From positions 1,648-65,647 of the forward strand of contig JAFGPN010000016.1 of assembly GCA_016936175.1 (NCBI GenBank): a DNA stretch of 64,000 bases, written 5' to 3'. Shown in pieces: positions 35,965 to 45,362 of this stretch. This DNA comes from Patescibacteria group bacterium. GTDB lineage: Bacteria > Patescibacteriota > Kazan-3B-28 > UBA10110. The notes under the pieces are model-generated. The model made no database searches. It worked only from the letters and a program-made list of their open reading frames with translations, and was not told the DNA's origin. Numbering within the stretch: the first letter of the stretch is position 1; each line of letters begins with the position of its first letter. Made by a program: the position numbers and the translations under genes.

Positions 35965-38154
35965 ATGGCCAGAAAAAAACGGAGGCGTCAGTATAAATAC
36001 CGCTCCTATCAAACATCTAAGTGGGTCGAGGGCTTAAACCTTGATTTAGAATTGGAGCCGCATATTGTCAGAGAAATAGTAGCGATATTATTGTTTGCTT
36101 TAGGTATCTTTGTATTGCTATCGATCTTGGGCGCTGCTGGTGGAGTAGGGAGTGTATTTTATGGCGGTCTGCGGATGGGGTTGGGCTGGACCAGCTTTGT
36201 TTTACCGGCTCTGTTAGTTGGTTCCGGCGTTGCTCTGTTTTACCCGGTTAAATATAAATTTACGGCCACCAATATAGTTGGCCTTGTTTTATTAGTTCTA
36301 TCTATCTCGACTCTGCTTCATTTATTTATCTCTCCAGATGTCGGAGTGGAGGCCGCTTACCAAGGCGCTGGCGGTGGCTACATCGGCCTGGTTGTCGCTT
36401 TGGCCTTAGTGGGGATGGTAGATCTTTGGGCGTCACTGCTAATTGTTAGCGTGGCGTTGATTATCTCGTTGCTGTTTGTGTTTGGACAGCCGTTGCGAGA
36501 GCTTTACTACAAGATGAAGTTTCGTTTGCCCTCTATGCCAAAGCTTCCGCAAGTGGTGATTAATGATGCCAACGGTAACGGCTACGAAGAAGATGAAGAT
36601 GAGGATGAGGTAGAATCAGACAAGCGCAGGGGCAAGGCATCAGCTGACGAAGAAGATGAGGACGACTCCGAAGCTAAGCCAAAAAAGAAAGCCACCCGTG
36701 ATGTTGAGTTTGTTCCGCGTGAGATTGCGCCCTCTGGCGATTACTCCGCTCCCCCACTCGATTTGCTGAGTGATGTGGTAACCAAAGTAGATAGCGGCAA
36801 CATTCGTCAAAACATTACTACCATTCAGGAGACCTTGGAGGATTTTGGGGTCGAGGTGGAGATGTCCGAGGTTAACGTTGGCCCAACGGTAACGCAATAC
36901 ACTCTCAAGCCAGCGGCTGGCGTACGGCTATCTCGGATTAGCAATCTCTCTAATGATTTGTCGTTGGCGTTGGCGGCCCATCCAATTAGAATCGAAGCGC
37001 CAATCCCAGGAAGATCGCTGGTGGGCGTCGAAGTGCCCAATCGCAAAACTTCACTAGTGCGTCTCAGGGAGATTATGGAATCGGATGCATTTAAAGCCAT
37101 CAACTCCCAGCTTCGGATGCCGCTTGGTCGTGATGTGGCAGGCAACCCTATCGCCGCCGATCTTGTTCGGATGCCTCATCTACTTATCGCCGGTGCCACC
37201 GGGATGGGTAAAAGTGTTTTTCTAAACGGTTTGTTAATCAGTTTGATTTATCAGAACTCGCCCAGTGACCTAAGGTTGATATTAGTCGACCCCAAACGAG
37301 TGGAGTTTACCGCCTATAACGATATTCCTCACCTATTAGCACCGGTAATTGTTGATCCGTATAAAACTATTAATGCGCTTAAGTGGATGGTAGCCGAGAT
37401 GGAGCGTCGATATCGATTATTTGCTGATCACAAGGTGCGGTTTATTGATGCATTCAACAAAGCCAACCCCGATTCGAAGATGGCTAATATTGTATTAGTA
37501 ATCGACGAGTTAGCCGATTTGATGGCCGTCTCAGCTCGCGAAGTAGAAGCCTACATCTGCCGCTTGGCGCAGATGGCCCGTGCTGTCGGAATTCATTTGG
37601 TTTTGGCTACCCAGCGCCCTTCGGTGGATGTCATCACCGGATTAATTAAAGCTAACTTCCCTTCACGACTGGCTTTTGCTGTAACCTCCGGCACCGATTC
37701 GCGCACTATTTTAGATACGGTTGGTGCTGATAAGTTGTTAGGCAATGGGGATATGCTGTTCTTACCTTCGGACGCCAGCAAACCTCGACGCATCCAGGGC
37801 GTTTATGTTGGTGACAAAGAGATTAAAACTATCACCGATTTTGTTAAAACCCAATCCCCTGTCTACGTCGAAGAGTTAATCGCTGAAACTAAGGATACGG
37901 GTGGCGCCAGCGTTGAGGGGGGCGACGATTTATTGAAAGAAGCGACCGATTTAGTAGTACGCACTGGCAAGGCCTCGGCTTCATACCTGCAACGCCGCTT
38001 TAGAATCGGTTATGCCAGAGCCGCCCGATTGCTCGATCTATTAGAGGCGGGCGGAGTAGTCGGTCCTGGCGAGGGAGCCAAGCCCCGTGAGATCTTAATG
38101 AGTAAATCGGATTTGCCAGGTGGCGCTGACGAGGATTTTGAAGACGAGGATTAG
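35965..38154 (+). CDS. ftsK: DNA translocase FtsK/SpoIIIE
   Basis: N-terminal TM helices, an acidic linker, Walker A GATGMGKSVFLN, Walker B VIDELADLM and a C-terminal gamma-like winged helix (SYLQRRFRIGYARAARLLD). Confidence 0.92.
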   Translation: MARKKRRRQYKYRSYQTSKWVEGLNLDLELEPHIVREIVAILLFALGIFVLLSILGAAGGVGSVFYGGLRMGLGWTSFVLPALLVGSGVALFYPVKYKFTATNIVGLVLLVLSISTLLHLFISPDVGVEAAYQGAGGGYIGLVVALALVGMVDLWASLLIVSVALIISLLFVFGQPLRELYYKMKFRLPSMPKLPQVVINDANGNGYEEDEDEDEVESDKRRGKASADEEDEDDSEAKPKKKATRDVEFVPREIAPSGDYSAPPLDLLSDVVTKVDSGNIRQNITTIQETLEDFGVEVEMSEVNVGPTVTQYTLKPAAGVRLSRISNLSNDLSLALAAHPIRIEAPIPGRSLVGVEVPNRKTSLVRLREIMESDAFKAINSQLRMPLGRDVAGNPIAADLVRMPHLLIAGATGMGKSVFLNGLLISLIYQNSPSDLRLILVDPKRVEFTAYNDIPHLLAPVIVDPYKTINALKWMVAEMERRYRLFADHKVRFIDAFNKANPDSKMANIVLVIDELADLMAVSAREVEAYICRLAQMARAVGIHLVLATQRPSVDVITGLIKANFPSRLAFAVTSGTDSRTILDTVGADKLLGNGDMLFLPSDASKPRRIQGVYVGDKEIKTITDFVKTQSPVYVEELIAETKDTGGASVEGGDDLLKEATDLVVRTGKASASYLQRRFRIGYARAARLLDLLEAGGVVGPGEGAKPREILMSKSDLPGGADEDFEDED

Positions 38155-38156
38155 TT

Positions 38157-38651
38157 ATGGCTGGCGAATATTCTTTTGATGTGGTTTCTAAGATTGACCA
38201 GCAAGAGCTGGCCAATGCTTTGGATCAGGCCAAGAGAGAGATAGTAGCCCGCTATGATTTTAAAAATGTACTAGCCGATATTAAAGTAGCCGAGGGGGTT
38301 CTAACCATTCATACTACCGACGAGTACAAACTTACAGCCATCTTAGACATTATCAAATCTAAGTTAGTGCGCCGGGGAGTTGATCTTAAGATTTTAGGCG
38401 AAGAAAAACGCGAGGACGCCAGTGGAGCAACCTTACGAGTAACGATTAAATTAATTGAAGGCATCTCTGCTGATTACGCCAAAACTATTAATAAATTAAT
38501 TCGCGATAAATTTCCTAAAATCAAATCTTCGATTCAAGGTGATGAACTGAGAGTAAGCAGTAAAAGCAAAGACGACCTCCAGGATGTAATGCAACTGCTC
38601 AAGAGCAGTCCGGAGGTAAAACTTCCTCTCCAATTTACCAACTATCGCTAA
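38157..38651 (+). CDS. yajQ: YajQ-family nucleotide-binding protein (UPF0234)
   Basis: SFDVVSKIDQQELANALDQAKREIVARYDFKN, 164 aa. Confidence 0.85.
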   Translation: MAGEYSFDVVSKIDQQELANALDQAKREIVARYDFKNVLADIKVAEGVLTIHTTDEYKLTAILDIIKSKLVRRGVDLKILGEEKREDASGATLRVTIKLIEGISADYAKTINKLIRDKFPKIKSSIQGDELRVSSKSKDDLQDVMQLLKSSPEVKLPLQFTNYR

Positions 38652-38663
38652 CCCTCCACATCC

Positions 38664-38739
38664 GTCATCCCAGACCGGATTGTTCTGCTGGATAGCGGAA
38701 CAGATCAGGCTCCGGGATCCAGAAAGAAAAACAAAACAG
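38664..38739. repeat. GTCATCC...GGGATCCAGA hairpin element (variant copy)
   Basis: GTCATCCCAGACCGGA ... TCCGGGATCCAGAAAG with inner hairpin TGTTCTGCT-ggat-AGCGGAACA. Same style as 823-854 and 49401-49468. Confidence 0.5.
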
Positions 38740-38798
38740 CGTTCAGAAATTTCTATACAAAAAACGAGCGCCTCCGCATATGTTAAAATATACTTATT

Positions 38799-39794
38799 AT
38801 GACTACTAAAGCTCCGGTTAAATCCCCTACCAGTCCACTTGCCGATACTTTAAGTGAATTAGAAAAACGTTACGGCAAGGGTGCAATTATGCGGTTGGGC
38901 GATGCTCAACACGTTGAGGTGGAGTCTGTTCCAACTGGTTCGCTGACTTTGGATATGGCGTTGGGCGTCGGTGGGGTGCCAAAGGGAAGGGTGGTCGAGA
39001 TCTTCGGCCCAGAATCATCCGGCAAAACCACTCTGGCGTTACATATTATCGCGGAGGCGCAGAAACGAGGCGAAGCGGCCGCTTTTATTGATGCCGAACA
39101 TGCCTTGGATCCGGACTATGCCAAAAGAATTGGGGTTGATACTAAAAACCTACTTATCTCCCAGCCCGATACCGGTGAGCAAGCGCTTGAGATTGTCGAG
39201 GCCTTGGTCCGCTCTAACTCGGTTGGAGTGGTGGTAATAGATTCGGTGGCGGCGTTAGTCCCCCGGGCTGAGTTAGAAGGCGAGATGGGAGATTCTCATA
39301 TGGGCCTGCAGGCGCGATTGATGAGCCAGGCTATGCGCAAGATTACCGCTTATGTTAGCCGTTCGCGGACTACCGTTATTTTTATTAACCAGTTGCGGAT
39401 GAAGATTGGCGTGATGTTTGGCAATCCAGAAACCACCACTGGTGGTAACGCCCTAAAGTATTATGCCTCGGTTCGGTTAGATATCCGGAGGATCGAAGCC
39501 ATTAAAGATGGCGAAAATAACATCGGCAATAAAGTTCGAGTAAAGGTAGTTAAAAACAAGGTAGCTCCTCCCTTCCGCCAAGCCGAGTTTGACCTGATGT
39601 TTAACGAAGGCATTTCTCACACTGGCGAGCTGGTAGATTTGGGTGTTCAGCGCGGCGTGGTCAATAAGTCGGGGGCTTGGTACGAATACGATGGCGAAAA
39701 AATTGCCCAAGGCCGCGAAGCTGCCAAGGAGTATCTAAAAAACAACCCAAAGGTCGCTGACCGAATCGAAAAGGCCATTCGAGCGATTGGCTAA
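38799..39794 (+). CDS. recA: Recombinase RecA
   Basis: Walker [13 protein letters not shown], and [21 protein letters not shown]. Confidence 0.97.
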   Translation: MTTKAPVKSPTSPLADTLSELEKRYGKGAIMRLGDAQHVEVESVPTGSLTLDMALGVGGVPKGRVVEIFGPESSGKTTLALHIIAEAQKRGEAAAFIDAEHALDPDYAKRIGVDTKNLLISQPDTGEQALEIVEALVRSNSVGVVVIDSVAALVPRAELEGEMGDSHMGLQARLMSQAMRKITAYVSRSRTTVIFINQLRMKIGVMFGNPETTTGGNALKYYASVRLDIRRIEAIKDGENNIGNKVRVKVVKNKVAPPFRQAEFDLMFNEGISHTGELVDLGVQRGVVNKSGAWYEYDGEKIAQGREAAKEYLKNNPKVADRIEKAIRAIG

Positions 39795-39795
39795 A

Positions 39796-40752
39796 TTAAC
39801 CCACTTGAACCACGGTACCGTTCTCGGCCCAGTCGTATAATATGGGGGCCTCTTTAATGCCAACACGAATACAACCGTGTGACATCTTTTTGCCTAAGTG
39901 GGCGGCGTCTTCGTATAGCCAGCCATCCTCATAGTAGCGGCTACCAATATACTGGCCGTTCATGTTTTTATACTTAGCTGGATTAACCTTCCAGGCTGGA
40001 AGTTGATGAACGCCGTAACCCCTTATTTTATTACCGTTAGGCCCAGCCAAAGCCATCCAGTTTCCCATATATAGCTTGTACTCAGCCGAATATGCCCTGG
40101 CGGCATGATTAGCGATGGTGTAGGTTCCTTCGGGGGTATCATAGCCGGCCTTACCGGTTGATACGGGCATGCTCATCACAACAACATGATCTTCTATTGC
40201 CCAAAGATGTTGTTTGTCCAAAGAAACTCTAATCCGCTTCCCTTCTGCCCCAGCAGTCTGGGCAGACAGGTCTTCCCCTACTTGAATCAGCCAACTAATC
40301 GGTTTTCCTTCGGCCCAATTACCATCAATTGCCGGGCGAAAGGCTTCTTTAAATTTCGCTATCTCATTAATGCCCTGAACGGGAATCTTAAAAGTCACCT
40401 TTTCTAGGGGCTCAATAACAGACCTTTCGGTAGCTGGTTTGACTAACGATCCATTCTCCCATTCCGAAGTAGAAAATTCGCTTACCCGGCTGGCCGTACT
40501 ATCAAGATACACGGCGCCCAATCGAAGCTGAGATACCTCCCAACTCTCCTGTCCGATATTCCGCAGAGTTACCCTTAGCCAACCTGGCGCGCCAAAATCC
40601 AACCTAAGATTATCGCTCTGACCGAGTACTTGGTAAGCATAGGGAGCATCAACCTGCTCGATTGGCTCAAGAGCCAAGGCGTCATATACAAATAACCCGG
40701 CCACTAAACTGAAGCCGAGCCAAGTTACTCCAAGGGTTTTTAAAATTTTCAT
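39796..40752 (-). CDS. L,D-transpeptidase (YkuD domain) with N-terminal anchor
   Basis: Catalytic motif SHGCIRV near the C-terminus; N-terminal hydrophobic GVTWLGFSLVAGLFV. Confidence 0.8.
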   Translation of the reverse strand: MKILKTLGVTWLGFSLVAGLFVYDALALEPIEQVDAPYAYQVLGQSDNLRLDFGAPGWLRVTLRNIGQESWEVSQLRLGAVYLDSTASRVSEFSTSEWENGSLVKPATERSVIEPLEKVTFKIPVQGINEIAKFKEAFRPAIDGNWAEGKPISWLIQVGEDLSAQTAGAEGKRIRVSLDKQHLWAIEDHVVVMSMPVSTGKAGYDTPEGTYTIANHAARAYSAEYKLYMGNWMALAGPNGNKIRGYGVHQLPAWKVNPAKYKNMNGQYIGSRYYEDGWLYEDAAHLGKKMSHGCIRVGIKEAPILYDWAENGTVVQVG

Positions 40753-40924
40753 ATTGGTTTTTATGTTTTTGGTGTTTTTTCATTATATCAAAAAAACAGC
40801 TTCCAGTCAAGAAAAATCTCTTGACCATATCTGGATACTGTGATAATCTACAATAAATTAGGGGGGTTCTTTGAAATATTCTGCTCATCACCTGGCAACT
40901 AGCCAAACAGGGAGGTGATGATGA

Positions 40925-41602
40925 GTGAGAGAGAAAAAGCCAAAACTGCTTTACCTGTACCGAGTAAAGATGGCTACTCGATTTCGGACCAGAATTGACT
41001 CCGGCTGGAGTCGCAAAGACATTACGGTTCGGGCGGAATCCCGCGGCGATGCGGTACGGCAGGCTATCAGACAACTAGGGTATGAGTATCTCCCCCCAGC
41101 TATGGGCACCAGCATCACCAAGAAAGACAAGCGTGCCGGAGAGGGCCGCTATTTCTTGGTTGGTTGCCGCGGAAGCGGCTATGTCTGTCAGGCCAAAGAT
41201 GCTCGCCAGGCCCGCGCCTACGTGATTAACGTATTAACCGAGCGTCATCGCAAGTCCGGTGACCTCGGCGATCCCCCAAGGCCAATCTGGCAGGTCTGGC
41301 CTGTTACGGCGGTGCGACAGCGCCCCAATGAGCAGCGCCGTGAGGTGGGTCTGCCACAAGTTAAGTTAACCCTGCCACCATCCCCATGGGTCTGTGCGTT
41401 TTGTGCGTTCCAAGACGACTTACGCAGATCAAGCAACGCCAAAGACCCATGTTACAACTGTGGTAAGACACCGCTCACCGAAGATGAGGAGCTGGAGGCG
41501 TGCGTTGCAGCTCGGCCGGCCGAGACCCCGCCACTCGGCGCGGCGGCCCAATCAGTCGGCGCTACTGCTGGTCTGTTTGATGCCGATTCCGCGCCACCCT
41601 AA
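40925..41602 (+). CDS. Hypothetical protein; visibly GC-richer orphan with CxxC...CxxC zinc-ribbon-like element
   Basis: GGAGGTG sits 9 nt upstream of GTG 40925; an alternative ATG is at 40970. Arg-rich, with CAFCAF...CYNC. Followed by a terminator. No family recognised. Confidence 0.5.
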   Translation: MREKKPKLLYLYRVKMATRFRTRIDSGWSRKDITVRAESRGDAVRQAIRQLGYEYLPPAMGTSITKKDKRAGEGRYFLVGCRGSGYVCQAKDARQARAYVINVLTERHRKSGDLGDPPRPIWQVWPVTAVRQRPNEQRREVGLPQVKLTLPPSPWVCAFCAFQDDLRRSSNAKDPCYNCGKTPLTEDEELEACVAARPAETPPLGAAAQSVGATAGLFDADSAPP

Positions 41603-41616
41603 AATTCTCACTCCAA

Positions 41617-41672
41617 ACCGCCCCAAGTTTGAGGTATCCCACCTCGGACCCAATGGGCGGTTATTTTTATTT
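41617..41672 (+). terminator. Terminator-like structure after the GC-rich orphan
   Basis: ACCGCCC ... GGGCGGT enclosing inner hairpin GAGGT-atccc-ACCTC, followed by TTATTTTTATTT. Confidence 0.5.
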
Positions 41673-41885
41673 GTATGAGAGGTACGACATTAAAGCAGAA
41701 GATTCGCCCCAACTGTTCCACGTCCAGCTGACCAAGAAAATAAAGATTAGGATTAGTAGCAACCAGAATAACCAATGAGGCGACTCGTCGCGTTCTTCTG
41801 GAATCAGAATAATAAAAGACCGCTTATGCTGACGCATCATTGATTTTAATTTACCCAATTTAGAGGTCTTGGTTTTTGTGGCCAC
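41667..41885 (-). CDS. Hypothetical small membrane protein
   Basis: 72 aa, with a basic N-terminus then the hydrophobic helix WLFWLLLILIFIFLVSW. Lies downstream of rsmI. Confidence 0.4.
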   Translation of the reverse strand: MATKTKTSKLGKLKSMMRQHKRSFIILIPEERDESPHWLFWLLLILIFIFLVSWTWNSWGESSALMSYLSYK

Positions 41886-41902
41886 TGTCTACTCCGCTTC
41901 CA

Positions 41903-42574
41903 TTATATGGTCGGCATAATGATCAAGACAAATTCACCTTTGGGTTTCTGCTTGCCAAATCTATCAATTAACTCCATTACACCCCCCTTTCTGATCTCCT
42001 CGAACTTCTTAGTTAGCTCTCTTGCCACCACTATTTGACGATTGCCCAGATACTGCTCGATGTCTTTTAGGGTTTTTATTACTCGCATCGGCGACTCGTA
42101 GATTACCATTGGTATATCTAGCCCAGCCATCTCCGAGAATAGGGTTTGTCGACCCTGTTTTTTGGGTAGAAACCCCAAAAAATAAAATGCATCGGCATTA
42201 ATTCCAGCAGCCGATAGCGCAGTGGTTAAGGCGGAGACGCCTGGAATTGGCACTACCGTAGCTCCAGCTTCGATTGCCTCGTGAACCAGCTTGCCTCCGG
42301 GATCCTGAATTCCCGGGGTGCCGGCATCGGTTACCAGGGCGATATCCTCGCCGTGCTTTAATCGTTTTAGTATCTCACCACTTGGGCTGTGCTGGTGGTA
42401 GGTAATCACCGGAGTTTTTACCTCGTATTTATTTAACAGAGTACGGGTTACCCGCGAGTCCTCACAGGCGATAGCGCTGACCTCTTTAAGCATGCGAACT
42501 GCTCGCAGGGTAATATCCTCTAAATTGCCGATGGGGGTGGCCACCACATATAGTGTGCCCATTAGGTTAACCAT
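41903..42574 (-). CDS. rsmI: 16S rRNA (cytidine1402-2'-O)-methyltransferase
   Basis: LYVVATPIGNLEDITLRAVRMLKEVSAIACEDSRVT. Confidence 0.88.
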   Translation of the reverse strand: MVNLMGTLYVVATPIGNLEDITLRAVRMLKEVSAIACEDSRVTRTLLNKYEVKTPVITYHQHSPSGEILKRLKHGEDIALVTDAGTPGIQDPGGKLVHEAIEAGATVVPIPGVSALTTALSAAGINADAFYFLGFLPKKQGRQTLFSEMAGLDIPMVIYESPMRVIKTLKDIEQYLGNRQIVVARELTKKFEEIRKGGVMELIDRFGKQKPKGEFVLIIMPTI

Positions 42575-43875
42575 TTAATTAGAAGCAAAATATCTAACCC
42601 CAGCATTAACACTATGCTGGCAATTCCTAGCAGATTAGCCGACCAGCTATTAGTATGCCCCCGCATAATCTTTTTATTATTGGCTACCAGCAAGAGAATA
42701 ACTAATAAAATGGGAGTAACTATGCCGTTGAGCACCTGGGTATATAACAGCATAATCATCGGCGGGATATGGGTTAATACCAACAAAGCGCTAATTACAA
42801 TACTGCCAACCAGGATGCTATAAAATCCGCGAGCTTGTTTTATAGATTTGCTTAAACTTGCAGGCAGGCTAAGCGCTTCGGCCGCCGTATAGGCGGTGGA
42901 GGCAGCCAAAACCGGGATGCCAATTAGTCCGGAGAAGATAATGCCGACCGAAAAAAGAATAAATGCCCAATGGCCGGCTAATGGCTTTAGCATTAGGGCG
43001 GCCTGAGTAGCGCTCTCAATTAGTCGATCACCCTTAAATACGGTAGCGGCGATCAATATAATTACCAAAGCAATTAGGTTGGCGTAAATAAAGCCGATAG
43101 TTACCCCAGATCTCTCCCGTCGTAGATCCTTAATTGTGGTTTTATCCTCTGCTTCTTCGGTGGTCTGCCAAAAAATCAAATATGGGCTAATAATTGTGCC
43201 CAATAGAGCTACAGCCGCCACTAACAGCATCAATGACCCGTCCCATCGAATCGGCCACAACTGATTGATTAGCTCGGCGGTATCGATTCGAATCGTAAAA
43301 ACTGCCGCTACATATACCAACAGGGCCAGGGTTACCACCAATAGGTAACGACTAATCGCCGCGTAGCTACCGATAGTTAACAGCGCGGCCAAGATCAGGG
43401 CCAGGGGTAGCACCAATATCTCCCAGCTAACGTTGGTAAACACCCCAACAATCTCTGCCATCGCCGCAATATCTGCCCCGATTGTAGCCACATTACAGAT
43501 CAATACAATCAAGCCAGCCACTATCGCCCAGCGCACTCCGTAGTGGGTTTTAATTACCCGATTTAGTCCCTGTTTAGTTACCACCCCGATTCGGGCGCTC
43601 ATCTCTTCGATAGCTACCACTAAAGGGGTAATCAGGGCTAGTAGCCAAATCAAACTAAACCCAGTAGTAGCGCCTACTTGAGCAAAGGTAGCAATGCCCG
43701 AAGGGTCGTTATCGGCGGCTCCGGTTATTACCCCCTCGCGATACAGCGAAAAATACTGCCAGATACCTCGGCGTCGTTTAATTGGGACGGCTAATTTTGA
43801 GCGATGGCGTGATATAGTTTTAGCCATTCGGGAATCGTTAAGGTTTGGGCGCGGCGGGTGCTTTGGATACCGCAA
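42562..43875 (-). CDS. NRAMP-family divalent metal cation transporter
   Basis: About 11 TM helices with the N-terminal motif ITGAADNDPSGIATFAQVG. The start is uncertain because the first Met overlaps rsmA by 85 nt. Confidence 0.75.
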   Translation of the reverse strand: MRYPKHPPRPNLNDSRMAKTISRHRSKLAVPIKRRRGIWQYFSLYREGVITGAADNDPSGIATFAQVGATTGFSLIWLLALITPLVVAIEEMSARIGVVTKQGLNRVIKTHYGVRWAIVAGLIVLICNVATIGADIAAMAEIVGVFTNVSWEILVLPLALILAALLTIGSYAAISRYLLVVTLALLVYVAAVFTIRIDTAELINQLWPIRWDGSLMLLVAAVALLGTIISPYLIFWQTTEEAEDKTTIKDLRRERSGVTIGFIYANLIALVIILIAATVFKGDRLIESATQAALMLKPLAGHWAFILFSVGIIFSGLIGIPVLAASTAYTAAEALSLPASLSKSIKQARGFYSILVGSIVISALLVLTHIPPMIMLLYTQVLNGIVTPILLVILLLVANNKKIMRGHTNSWSANLLGIASIVLMLGLDILLLIKWLT

Positions 43876-44636
43876 TCTTCTAAGATCTGCTTAGTTTTGG
43901 GCAGGGGCAGATGTAACCCGTCAGCCAAAGAATTGTGTAACTGCTTTCGTCTCTCGCCGAATCCGGCCTTAACTATCCGAAAGAAAGCAGTATCATCGTC
44001 AACCTGGTATTTATTGGTTTTGTAAGGTGTGATTTGGAGAATAGCCGAATCAACCTTTGGGGCTGGCCAGAACGAAAATCTGGAAACATCGGCAACTATC
44101 TTTGGTTGACCGTAGGTCTGAACCGCGACTGATAGCAAGTTAGCATTGGGCGGAAGAGCAGCGATTCTTTCTGCTACCTCCTTCTGCACCATCACCACTA
44201 TCATAGCAGGGCAAATCTTGCTTTGTAAGAAAAATCGCAGGATAGCCGAAGTAAGATAGTAGGGCAGGTTGGCTATTAATTTGTAACTCTTGCCGAAATG
44301 TTGCCGAAAAAAGCTGGGGGCGAGAGTTAGCGCATTAGCCTCGACAATCTTTATGTTATTTATGTCACGATTAATCTCCCGAAAGATTTTAATCATCTGG
44401 TAATCTTTTTCTACCGCTACTATCCGCTTAACCTTCGGGGCTAGCGCCCTGGTTAATGTGCCTAAACCCGGTCCAATCTCTAATACGCTATCAGTCGATT
44501 TAAGATGGGCTGCGGCTACTATCTCTTTTAAAGCGGCTTTATCCACTAAAAAATGTTGCCCCAACTTTTTTTGGGCAAAAACTTGATACTCTCTAAGGAT
44601 TCGCCGAATCAGATCGGTATCGGTCAGATCGATCAT
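43791..44636 (-). CDS. rsmA: 16S rRNA (adenine1518/1519-N6)-dimethyltransferase
   Basis: KLGQHFLVD and the SAM motif VLEIGPGLGTLT. Confidence 0.9.
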   Translation of the reverse strand: MIDLTDTDLIRRILREYQVFAQKKLGQHFLVDKAALKEIVAAAHLKSTDSVLEIGPGLGTLTRALAPKVKRIVAVEKDYQMIKIFREINRDINNIKIVEANALTLAPSFFRQHFGKSYKLIANLPYYLTSAILRFFLQSKICPAMIVVMVQKEVAERIAALPPNANLLSVAVQTYGQPKIVADVSRFSFWPAPKVDSAILQITPYKTNKYQVDDDTAFFRIVKAGFGERRKQLHNSLADGLHLPLPKTKQILEDCGIQSTRRAQTLTIPEWLKLYHAIAQN

Positions 44637-45304
44637 TAAATTACGAAATAGTGGATGTTAATTCGACCGGCGCCCAAGGGGGCGAGCTTTGTAAAAGCCA
44701 CGCTGTTAAGATCTAAGCTAACGCCAGTCTCTGCAGTGGGACCATAGTCGTTAATCTCCACATCAACATATTTGCCCGTAGCATCGGCTGTCACTCTTAA
44801 TCGAGTACCTTTAGGGAACTGAGTGCTCGCGGCAGTTAATTTATTGCCAAATCGGTACCAGGTGGCCGTGCCGCTATAAGTTGGTGATTTAGGCTCAACT
44901 ATTTTGGGTGTCTTTGGAGTAGTAGCCACAACGATTGGCTCGGCTTGGGGGGGCCGGATAGCCTCTAAATTATCCGCTACAGTGCGATTGACCTTGGCTG
45001 GGTCAACTTTTACCTCGATATTTAAATTAGGGGTAATCTCGGTTGAGCGACCCGGCGATAAATCAATAATCTGGTTACCATCTGGGTATAGCGAATCAAT
45101 TAACTCCCCCACCGTCCGGTAAGCCATGCTCTGGGTAGTGGCCAATCCGTTTATCTTCACCTCCACCGTAGTAGTCTCGGCTTCGGCCGATTGGAGAGCA
45201 AAGAACATATATACAAATATCGCCAGCAAAAAAACAAACAGGGCGCTGACCCTCGGGTTTACAATTCTGTCCGAAGTTGTTTCAGAGTAGTCGAATTCAC
45301 CCAC
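44636..45304 (-). CDS. RlpA-like double-psi beta-barrel protein with N-terminal anchor
   Basis: C-terminal GTATWYRFGNKLTAAS...RLRVTADATGKYVDVEINDYGP is DPBB-like. N-terminal TM ALFVFLLAIFVYMFFAL. Confidence 0.65.
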   Translation of the reverse strand: MGEFDYSETTSDRIVNPRVSALFVFLLAIFVYMFFALQSAEAETTTVEVKINGLATTQSMAYRTVGELIDSLYPDGNQIIDLSPGRSTEITPNLNIEVKVDPAKVNRTVADNLEAIRPPQAEPIVVATTPKTPKIVEPKSPTYSGTATWYRFGNKLTAASTQFPKGTRLRVTADATGKYVDVEINDYGPTAETGVSLDLNSVAFTKLAPLGAGRINIHYFVI

Positions 45305-45362
45305 GAGCTTTCTCCTAAGTACTTGCCAACTACATAATTATACCTCACGAAAGGACGACTAA

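Noticed and set aside
40682-41074. 130-aa minus-strand ORF spanning the L,D-transpeptidase start and the promoter of the GC-rich orphan
   Set aside because: It overlaps a confidently called gene start and a promoter/SD region. It has no SD of its own and a low-complexity product.
43791-43875. 85-nt overlap between rsmA and the NRAMP gene as a possible regulatory overlap
   Set aside because: This is most likely an artefact of taking the first Met. An internal Met (MAKTISRH..) shortens the overlap, and the conserved transporter core starts later.
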